Origin: Polyangiaceae bacterium
GTDB lineage: Bacteria > Myxococcota_A > Polyangia > Polyangiales > Polyangiaceae
Assembly (NCBI GenBank): GCA_965222375.1
Contig: CBDCTZ010000016.1
Coordinates: 64,001 to 128,000 of the forward strand
DNA: 64,000 nucleotides
Reading direction: 5' to 3'
In this document: positions 56,856 through 64,000 of the stretch, one piece after another
Numbering within the stretch: the first letter of the stretch is position 1
How the letters are laid out: every line of letters begins with the position of its first letter
Translations under genes and position numbers: made by a program
The notes under the pieces: model-generated
Databases searched by the model: none
What the model saw: the letters and a program-made list of their open reading frames with translations, nothing else
Told to the model about the DNA's origin: nothing

Positions 56856-57401
56856 TCAGCAGCCGCAGCGATGCTGAAGCTCCGCCTGGTCGAGAACCTG
56901 GCGCACGCTGCCGTGGGCGTAGCTCGCAAACTCCTCGGGCTCGAGAGCCAATAGCAGCGGGATCACCAAGTCCTCTTCCTCGGTCAGATGAGCGTGGAGG
57001 GCACGATCGTAGATCGCCAGAGCGTCCTGCAGCTCATCTCGGTTGGCGCTGGCGAAAACGACCCGAACCTGCTCCTTGAGCTCGCCGAGCTGTTCGTGCC
57101 CCTTCTCCAGCAACTCGGTGGTCACGCAATAGCGCCGCCGCAGGAATGGATACAGCTTGGCTTCTTCGTAGAGCTCGTGGTTCTTCATGCCGGCTTGCCA
57201 ACTCTCGAACAAGTGCTCCAGGGAGTCGAGGCGACCAGCCGCGACTTCGCTCTCGGCAGCCTCGACCAAGATCTCGCTGATGGCGCGGAAGTTCTGGTGG
57301 CTGCCGAGCAGGAGCACTTGCGAGGGATAGTGCGGATGGCTGCGCCACTCCGCGCGCGGCAATGCGCGCGCTTGATCGAGCTCGTTATTCGAATCACTCA
57401 T
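56856..57401 (-). CDS. Hemerythrin/HHE cation-binding domain protein
   Basis: H...HELYEE..LYP...H...HLTEEE pattern; GGAGGTG SD. Confidence 0.85.
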   Translation of the reverse strand: MSDSNNELDQARALPRAEWRSHPHYPSQVLLLGSHQNFRAISEILVEAAESEVAAGRLDSLEHLFESWQAGMKNHELYEEAKLYPFLRRRYCVTTELLEKGHEQLGELKEQVRVVFASANRDELQDALAIYDRALHAHLTEEEDLVIPLLLALEPEEFASYAHGSVRQVLDQAELQHRCGC

Positions 57402-57567
57402 CGCAGCACCTCCTGGGGACCGAACAACATGTGAACCCCAAGTTCGATTCGCAAGCCCCCCCGCCCATGGGGCCGCTCGGCGCTCAGTTCGCCGGCGTGC
57501 TGTTCGCGCAACGGGCTTCGCCCAACGGGATAGACAACGGGGGCGCGAGGGGAGCCGATGTGGTCGA

Positions 57568-57951
57568 ATGGCGTATATAGGCCATCTCGTGCGCCGCATT
57601 CCGCCCAACTCGCCCGCTGCATTGCCGCTTCCTGTGCTGGCGGCCGGCGTCGCGGTGCTCGGAATTGGCTGCGTGAGCGCTCCACCGCCCTTGCCGGAGC
57701 TGCCAACGGACAAACAAGCGAAGTGCTCGATTCAGAAAAGCCAGTCGCGGCCCCTGATCGTGGAGTGGCCCTCGGCGGATCGAGCCAGCCTCGAGTCCCA
57801 AGCTCGGCGTGGTCTCATTGCCGTGCACTACTCGGGTTGCGAGATGGAATTGCTGAGTCGCTGTCGCGTGGAGGGCAAGTATCGCTACACGCCGGTAACG
57901 CTGCAGAGCGATCAGATCTCGATCCGTGACGCAGACGAGCTGTACGCCAAG
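57568..57951 (+). pseudogene. 5' fragment of a myxobacterial lipoprotein gene, truncated
   Basis: Lipobox GIGC, PLIVEWPSADRASLE...YSGCEMELLSRC...DADELYAK, then reads into the antisense of another fragment. Confidence 0.6.
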
Positions 57952-58360
57952 ATTCACGGCGATGACCTTGACGTCGTCTACATTCCAACCGGAGACTGTG
58001 AAGGCGTTGGTGGCCCCAACCTGATAGCCGAAACGAACACGCAGTTGGGCGTTGGCGTGCTGGGTAATGTCGAAGGACTGCTTGACCCAACTGCTGTCAG
58101 TGATCCCCGGCGATCCTTCGGTTTCCCACACCCGCTCCCACTTGGAGCCGTCGAAGACTTCGACGATGTTTTGCATGTAGGGGGCGAAGTCGCTGTTGAG
58201 CCACCGATAGTATTCCAAGAAGACGGACGCCCCGGACGCCGCGACGGCGGGGCTCGTCAAGTAGCGGTAGGCGTGCACCGTAACAGGTACGTTGCCTCCG
58301 ATGACCACTCCGGCAAGGCGATTGTCCGTGCTCGGCGACGCATCCACGCTGGGATCAGGT
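57952..58360 (-). pseudogene. Internal fragment of a secreted beta-sandwich domain
   Basis: AGVVIGGN...YLTSP...YRWLNSD...VEVFDG..W...LRVRFGY...GWNVDDV; no start or signal and no own stop. Confidence 0.6.
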
Positions 58361-58426
58361 CTTCGAGGCGCTCACGCTTGGGAGTGGAGCTGGTTGAACC
58401 GCTCCCAAGCGCAGCCCTCGCGGCTC

Positions 58427-58786
58427 TCAGCGGCCCATTGCTTTGGCGATTTCGCGAGCGTCGTAGAGCAGCTCGGCAGAGCGGATCTTACCGTCAACCA
58501 CGCGAATGCGCTCTGCACACGGGAACGGTGCGACCGGCAGCTGCTTCACGCCAAAAGTGAACCAGCTGATGACCGTGTCTTTGCCCGTCAGTTGCTCATG
58601 CACCTCGAGCTTGTCCACCATGGGGCCAAACTCTTTGCTCATCGCCAGGAACGCTTCGGCACTATCAAACTGATCAATTGGGCCAACGAACTTGAAGTCG
58701 CTGGCAAGGGGAACGTCGCTGAAATCGCCTCCTTTGCGCCAGGCGTCGTAGTAGCGGTTGACGATTTGCTTGTTGGATTCGGACAT
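58427..58786 (-). CDS. SnoaL-like/NTF2-family protein
   Basis: NKQIVNRYYDAWRKGG...LASDFKFVGP...VVDGKI...YD; GAGGAG SD. Confidence 0.88.
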   Translation of the reverse strand: MSESNKQIVNRYYDAWRKGGDFSDVPLASDFKFVGPIDQFDSAEAFLAMSKEFGPMVDKLEVHEQLTGKDTVISWFTFGVKQLPVAPFPCAERIRVVDGKIRSAELLYDAREIAKAMGR

Positions 58787-58884
58787 GGGTAGCTCCTCGA
58801 GTTTGTGAATCCTTGCTTAGACGTCCGAACCCCATACAACCTGCCAACCTTGCGATTTCACACGAGTTCTAGGATTGTTAGGGC

Positions 58885-59697
58885 GTGAGCATCAGTCAGC
58901 AGACCGAGGCCGAATTGCTCGATGGCGCTCGGGCCGGAGACTCCCGGGCCTTCGACCGCCTCATGGCGCCCCATCTGCCGCGGCTTCGAGCCTTGGCCTA
59001 TCGCATGCTGGCCCACCCCGATGATGCCGACGACATCGTGCAAGAGACCCTCGTCGTCGCTCTCCAACGGTTGGGGCAATTCCGAGGTGAGGCCGCGCTA
59101 TCGACGTGGCTCTTATCCATCACCACGAGAAAGTGCCTGGACCACCTGCGCGTCCGCAAGCGGTGGCCCGTCTCCGCGCAGAGCCAGGCGGCAAGCACGG
59201 CCGTGCAGTCACCCGCTGTCATGGGCGAGATTGAAGCGCGTGCAGTAACTCCGGGCTTTCGTTACGAATACCGTGAACACATCGCCTATTGCTTCTCGTG
59301 TTTAGCTCGTTCTCTCGAGCCAGAGGAAGAGGTCGCGCTCATCCTTAGGGAAGTGCTGGAGCACACCAACGACGAGGCTGCTCAAATCGCTGGAATGTCT
59401 GTGTCGACCTTTCGCCATCGCCTGGCAAGCGCCCGCTCGAAAATGAAGGAAGCCTTCGCCGGCCTCTGCTCTTTGGTGGGCAAGCAAGGCGCGTGTTGGC
59501 AATGCGAGGGGCTGCGCGATGCGCTGCCTAGCGACCGACGCGGCACACCCGTGCAGCGGATTGGTACTGCAGAGGACACTCCGAATGAGTTATATCGACG
59601 CCGGTTGAAAATAGTCCGACAGGCAAGGCTCGGAACCGGCACGACCGCGGCACTCCACGACTACCTGCTCCAGTACATGAGCGACAGTTTCGGCTGA
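58885..59697 (+). CDS. ECF sigma factor with Cys-containing linker and C-terminal extension
   Basis: AFDRLM, DADDIVQET, FRGEAALSTWL (region 2); region 4 HTH; HIAYCFSC and CSLV...CWQC. Confidence 0.92.
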   Translation: MSISQQTEAELLDGARAGDSRAFDRLMAPHLPRLRALAYRMLAHPDDADDIVQETLVVALQRLGQFRGEAALSTWLLSITTRKCLDHLRVRKRWPVSAQSQAASTAVQSPAVMGEIEARAVTPGFRYEYREHIAYCFSCLARSLEPEEEVALILREVLEHTNDEAAQIAGMSVSTFRHRLASARSKMKEAFAGLCSLVGKQGACWQCEGLRDALPSDRRGTPVQRIGTAEDTPNELYRRRLKIVRQARLGTGTTAALHDYLLQYMSDSFG

Positions 59698-59704
59698 CGC
59701 GGAA

Positions 59705-59747
59705 ACCGATGCAGCTTATATGCGCTGCGCATATAAGCTGCATCGGT
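59705..59747. repeat. Perfect 43-bp palindrome (21-bp arms, 1-nt centre)
   Basis: ACCGATGCAGCTTATATGCGC-T-GCGCATATAAGCTGCATCGGT. Confidence 0.97.
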
Positions 59748-59795
59748 GACCCAATGGCGTTGTCAATAGTTCGGCACTTCGTGTATTCTGAAATG

Positions 59796-60851
59796 ATGCC
59801 GGATTTCTTGACCTCCAAGACGTCAACCTTGCTCCTAGTCGCACTGACGGGCTGGAGTTGTGGGCTGGAGGACAAGGGAGATGGGGCAGCACCTGGCGAT
59901 GGCGGGGTCGGAGCATCGAGTTCCGGCGGGATCCCTGGTGCCTCGGGCTTTCCTAGTGTGGGCGGTGATGCGGCCAGCTCGGGCGCAGCGGGAAGTGGCG
60001 GGTCCGCGGCGTCGGGCGGTTCCGCTGGCACATCGGGTGGTAGCGGGGGTCTGGCTGCCGCTGGTGGAGTATCGGGTTCGGCTGGGGCTGGCGGGGCTGG
60101 TGGCAATTCGGGGGCTGGGGGTTCCGGGGGAACTTCGGGCCTGGGGGGCAGCGGCGGCGTTTCGGGTTCGGGTGGCTCGGGCGGGACCGGCGGCGCTTCG
60201 GGCTCAGGCGGTTCTGGGGGGACCGGCGGCGCCTCGGGTTCCGGGGGGTCTGGGGGCGGCGCGTGCTCAAGCGATTGCGGCCCGCTCGCAGTATGCGTGG
60301 GCTCGAGCTGCCTAGCCGGAGCCCGGGTATTCGTGACCCAGAAGACCTACGACGGCGATCTCAACGGCGTGAACGGCGCGGACAACAAGTGCCGAAACGC
60401 GGCGATAAATGCCGGATTGGGAAGCTTCTGGCGAGCATGGGTTTCCACGAGCAGCGGTAGTCCATCATCGCGCTTTCACCAGTCGACGATCCCCTACCGG
60501 CTGCTCGACGGCACCGAAATTGCGAGCAATTGGAGTGATCTTACGGATGGCGCACTCGACCACCCGATCAACCTCAGCCAAAAGCTCAAGGTCCTCTCTG
60601 GAGGCGAGGTGTGGACCAACTCCACCGCTTCGGGAAGCGCTTCACCGTCAGACGGTTGCTACGGCTTCACGAGCAACGGGAGCGGCGCGCCTCGTGCCCG
60701 AGTGGGCTCCCTCGCTGATAGCGACTTGAAGTGGTCGTCGATCTACACCGAATTCTGCGACCGAACCAACGTCCGCATCTATTGTTTCGAGCAAGAGTGC
60801 AACGCGACGACCTGCCCGGGTAGCAGCTGCACCAACAACGTGTGCCAATAG
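59796..60851 (+). CDS. Gly-rich lipoprotein with DUF1554-like C-terminal domain
   Basis: Signal ending GWSC; RVFVT..YDGDL.G..GAD..C, WRAWVS, VWT, IYCFEQ; TTGTCA-18bp-TATTCT upstream; ATG at 59793 or 59796. Confidence 0.85.
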   Translation: MPDFLTSKTSTLLLVALTGWSCGLEDKGDGAAPGDGGVGASSSGGIPGASGFPSVGGDAASSGAAGSGGSAASGGSAGTSGGSGGLAAAGGVSGSAGAGGAGGNSGAGGSGGTSGLGGSGGVSGSGGSGGTGGASGSGGSGGTGGASGSGGSGGGACSSDCGPLAVCVGSSCLAGARVFVTQKTYDGDLNGVNGADNKCRNAAINAGLGSFWRAWVSTSSGSPSSRFHQSTIPYRLLDGTEIASNWSDLTDGALDHPINLSQKLKVLSGGEVWTNSTASGSASPSDGCYGFTSNGSGAPRARVGSLADSDLKWSSIYTEFCDRTNVRIYCFEQECNATTCPGSSCTNNVCQ

Positions 60852-60881
60852 GACCGAATCGAACAGCCCGCGCGAGCATCC

Positions 60882-60911
60882 ACTTGGTGAAGGCAACACC
60901 AGTCACCAAGT
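60882..60911. terminator. Possible bidirectional hairpin between convergent genes
   Basis: ACTTGGTGA-12 nt-TCACCAAGT; no U-tract. Confidence 0.3.
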
Positions 60912-60935
60912 CGGCCGTGAGGGGCGGTGAACCGA

Positions 60936-62267
60936 TCAACCGATGGCGGCGTGTACGACTTTGCCGCTCGGCAGGATCTCGTCCATGCGCTCCGAGGACA
61001 CACCCAGTGCGACGCCAAGGGTTTTGCCCAAGGAGTTGAGGGTGTCTTCGAACTTGATGTCCGCTTCACCGCCACCTTTGCCGGTGACCGAGTCAATGGC
61101 TTGGGCTTCGTATTCCTTGCCGGACTTGTTGGGCTTGATGCCGCCGATGACGCTGCCCTTCATGCCGTTGCCCATCAGCACCGTGACGTGGTGACCCTTG
61201 TTGTGATCGCGTCCGGCGGTCTTCTTCTTCTTGAGGGTGCGGCCGAAGACGTTGAGAGAGCCAAGCAGCACGTCGTGCTTGAGCAGGTTCTGGGCGCGCA
61301 GTTGGTCGAGCTCATCCATGAGCAGCTGCATGTCGGCGATGGCGGTTTGGTGCCGGCTGGCTTCCCGAGCCAAGCCCGCGTCGGTGTGATTGTCGCGGCC
61401 GAAATCGAGCTTCATGGTGATGACGGGCGTGATGTTCATAGCCGCGAGCACCGCGGCGGTGCGCACCTGGTTGATCTGGTTGTTGCCATTGATGGCATCC
61501 AGGCGGGAAACCAGCGCGTTGCCAATGCCGCGTACTTCGTCGCGGGAGCGCGCCCAGGCGTCCAGCATCGTGCGCTGGCTCGGCGTGCCGTGCTCCTTGT
61601 ACAGGGCGTACATCTTGTCGATGCTCTTGTCGCGGAGCTGAGTCAGGTCTTTCAAGGGGCCATCCACGCCGCCCAGAGCCTTCTGGACCGACGTCGGACC
61701 GACGTTGGCGAGCACGCGGCCGCCTGAGCTGAGCAACTCGCCACCATTGGCTCCCAAGCTCACGGGGTCCGACTGCACGCTTCCGAGACGCGGCGCCAGT
61801 TCACGAGCGAGCAAGCTGATCAGCATGTCGTTCTTCTCGGTGGCGTCCATCATCCGCTGCACGCGGCGCATCTCGCCGTGCACCGGCGTGAAGGTGGCGT
61901 GGTGGAAGAAACAGGTGCGGTCGAGAATGTTCTGCGGCAAGTCGGCCCAGACCTTGGCGCCCTTGGTGGAAGTCGAACCGAGCTGCATGCTGGTCTCGGC
62001 GAAGGCCGGATCCGGCGGGTGGTAGACGTCGTTGAAGCCGTAGGTGCCAGGCACGTTGGCGTTGACGGGATCGCCAGAGCTGGAGCAGCTCAAGATCAAC
62101 ATCTTGGCGGGCAGCAGATCCGCGGCGCGGGCGCTGAGCGGGTCGAGCAGTACTTTGGCAGGAATGCCCGTGGCCAGAGAACGGAGGATCAATCCGCCGG
62201 TGACGGTAGCGAAGGCGCCCAAGGCACCGCGGCGGCTCAACTTCATCTTGCTATTACTCATCGTCAT
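60936..62267 (-). CDS. DUF1501-like Tat-exported protein
   Basis: LSRRGALG Tat signal; DNH, NVFGRT...GRDHN, G...GSVIGG motifs. Confidence 0.8.
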   Translation of the reverse strand: MTMSNSKMKLSRRGALGAFATVTGGLILRSLATGIPAKVLLDPLSARAADLLPAKMLILSCSSSGDPVNANVPGTYGFNDVYHPPDPAFAETSMQLGSTSTKGAKVWADLPQNILDRTCFFHHATFTPVHGEMRRVQRMMDATEKNDMLISLLARELAPRLGSVQSDPVSLGANGGELLSSGGRVLANVGPTSVQKALGGVDGPLKDLTQLRDKSIDKMYALYKEHGTPSQRTMLDAWARSRDEVRGIGNALVSRLDAINGNNQINQVRTAAVLAAMNITPVITMKLDFGRDNHTDAGLAREASRHQTAIADMQLLMDELDQLRAQNLLKHDVLLGSLNVFGRTLKKKKTAGRDHNKGHHVTVLMGNGMKGSVIGGIKPNKSGKEYEAQAIDSVTGKGGGEADIKFEDTLNSLGKTLGVALGVSSERMDEILPSGKVVHAAIG

Positions 62268-62274
62268 CGATCCC

Positions 62275-64000
62275 TCAGAAGCCCACGCCCGCTGAACCTG
62301 GCGACATGCAGGCAACCACGAAAGCCGACTGCAGTGCTTCTTGCTCCTTCTTGCCCGCATCGAGGGCGTCGCTCACGTGCTCCTCCAAGATCTGCTTGGC
62401 GGCGGCGTGGCGCGGATCCTTCGGGGGCAAACCCATGACTTTGCTCACCAGCACATCCACGACCTCTTGCTGCGACTTGCCATCGAAGATGCCAAAGCCC
62501 TTCATGGCGGCAATGGTGCAGGCGGCCTCGCGGTTGGCGCGGGTGAACATGCCCGTCTCGCTGATGGTCACCGGTTCGACCACCGCTCGACTGAAACTGT
62601 CGTCCGGCACCGATGCCGTCGCGCCTCGCACGTCGTTCTGCAGGCTCGTGCTGTCCTGAGACAGAGTGCGCAAGCCGCAGATGTCGTCGACTTCGAGCCG
62701 GTGAGAAAGCTGGGCACAGAACTGCGAGCGACGCGCGATGGTTGCCGTGGTGCCGGCGTCGATTCCGGCGACGCAAGTTCTGCCGGTGATCATCGGCGAG
62801 GAAAACAGCTCGCGCACCAAGACCCGGAAGTCCAGGTTGGAGTCGTCGAAGGCCTTGACCACCCGGTCAAACTCATCACCCTCGGGGCAGGCGGCAGAGT
62901 TGGCGTAGAAGCAGAGCTTCTGGGCCCAGGCGCGTGCGAAGTAGGGGTGGCTAGCGAGGACTTGGGTCAGGTCCAGGATGCCATTGCCCTTCTCTCGAAT
63001 CTCGCCGAAGACGAAGTCCGCAGGCAACGCGCTGCGCTCTTCATCGAGCTGCTGGCCAGCAAAGTTGGTGAAGGAGGCGCGAACGTAGTCGCGCATCGGG
63101 TCCATCTGCTGATGGCAGCCGTAGCACTCGCTGCCGGGAGCTGCATGCTCCTCGTCGAGGCTGGCGGGCGCGAAATCGCTCACCGCAACGCCCTCGAAGC
63201 TGGCGCCCAGGGCAACGATCAAGATCTGGTTGATCACGACCCGCGCGGAGTTGTCTTCATTGTTGGGCCAGGTTCCGATGAAGCCCGGTGAACCGATGAA
63301 GCCGGGGCGATCCATGTTGATCACGAGTTCGTTTTGGCCGCGAAGCTTCTTCAGGTCGTAGAACGCCGTGCCGGACTCACCTGAGGCGGGCTTGCGGATC
63401 GTGACCATGCGCCAGTCGCTGAAGTCCGAGCGCTCCATCAACGGCGCCTTGTTCGTCGAGCCGGTACTGCAGCCGTCTTGATGACGACTGAGGGATTGGT
63501 GCCGCCCGAACATGGTCGAAAAGACGTAGTAAGACGGATTGATGCCGCCGCTAGCGATGCGCCACTGGCCTTTGACGTTCTTCGTGGTGTCGACCGTGTT
63601 CGTGGTTGCGACATTGCAGGAGGTAGGCAGCTCGTTCAGGCGGCCGTGCCAGAACTTGCCGAAGTTGGAGTGGTTCGGGTCCAGCGCCTGACTGGCGGGA
63701 GGCGCGTCAGCCTGGTTCCTCACGAAACGCAGCTGCGGGAAGTGACCATTCGTGGTGCGCACGGTCTTCTTCTCGTCGTCATCGACGACCACGTCGTCCT
63801 GGTAGGCCATGTAGGCCATCTGCGCGGTGGTCATCATGAACGTGTTGGTGGTGATGACCTCGCTCCAAGCCTGACCCGACTTGACGATCTCGTAGGCCGT
63901 ACGGGCGAAGCTCTCCGAGAAGTTATCGTTGAGCATCACGTCCGTGGTTGCGCTGTTCGGATTCGAGAAGCGGCCCAGAGACGTGTTGTTGAAACCAAGC
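62275..64000 (-). CDS. DUF1585/DUF1588-like partner protein with CxxCH (5'-partial)
   Basis: CYGCHQQMDP; FARAWAQKL...FRVLVRELFSSP; frame open to the window edge; directly upstream of the DUF1501 gene. Confidence 0.75.
   Translation of the reverse strand, partial: LGFNNTSLGRFSNPNSATTDVMLNDNFSESFARTAYEIVKSGQAWSEVITTNTFMMTTAQMAYMAYQDDVVVDDDEKKTVRTTNGHFPQLRFVRNQADAPPASQALDPNHSNFGKFWHGRLNELPTSCNVATTNTVDTTKNVKGQWRIASGGINPSYYVFSTMFGRHQSLSRHQDGCSTGSTNKAPLMERSDFSDWRMVTIRKPASGESGTAFYDLKKLRGQNELVINMDRPGFIGSPGFIGTWPNNEDNSARVVINQILIVALGASFEGVAVSDFAPASLDEEHAAPGSECYGCHQQMDPMRDYVRASFTNFAGQQLDEERSALPADFVFGEIREKGNGILDLTQVLASHPYFARAWAQKLCFYANSAACPEGDEFDRVVKAFDDSNLDFRVLVRELFSSPMITGRTCVAGIDAGTTATIARRSQFCAQLSHRLEVDDICGLRTLSQDSTSLQNDVRGATASVPDDSFSRAVVEPVTISETGMFTRANREAACTIAAMKGFGIFDGKSQQEVVDVLVSKVMGLPPKDPRHAAAKQILEEHVSDALDAGKKEQEALQSAFVVACMSPGSAGVGF

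Noticed and set aside
55463..60851. Tandem DNA repeats in Gly/Ser-rich stretches (also 38480-38600)
   Set aside because: They are in-frame low-complexity linkers of ordinary lipoproteins.

Overview
GC-rich bacterial DNA, most likely from a myxobacterium (Myxococcota, Polyangiales-like). This is inferred from many Gly/Cys-rich lipoproteins, a membrane Ser/Thr kinase and DUF1501/DUF1554 genes. The window has five zones. (1) 1-3.6 kb: accessory genes bracketed by a degenerate 54-bp direct repeat. (2) 3.7-8.7 kb: NSS transporter, an unannotated 30-aa MetS-like subunit, an NhaC-family transporter and an orphan DNA methyltransferase. (3) 8.7-10.2 kb: a DUF4160/DUF2442-HTH toxin-antitoxin pair with an amber-interrupted toxin, flanked by ~50-bp imperfect inverted repeats. 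(4) 10.3-34.8 kb: the main candidate for a new system, a ~24.5-kb tailoring-enzyme cluster with no visible scaffold enzyme. It is bookended by two paralogous B12-dependent radical SAM genes and contains two P450s with an aberrant ACQDTT I-helix, a carbamoyltransferase-SGNH-TPR-SxtJ-SxtK fusion, a broken flippase, a GMC oxidoreductase lacking its His/Asn pair, two giant GT-C-like membrane proteins, a BpsA/DUF43-like protein, a CapK-like ligase, a methyltransferase, a third radical SAM and a sulfotransferase. (5) 34.8-64 kb: core genes (serS, rnr, add, DnaJ/CbpA-like, rpoZ, tRNA-Ser), then a decayed region after the tRNA, an ECF sigma/SnoaL pair, a perfect 43-bp palindrome and a DUF1501 operon running off the end. 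About ten genes have a TAnnnT box 5-8 nt before the start codon, suggesting leaderless transcripts. All family assignments come from motif recognition by eye; no database searches were run.
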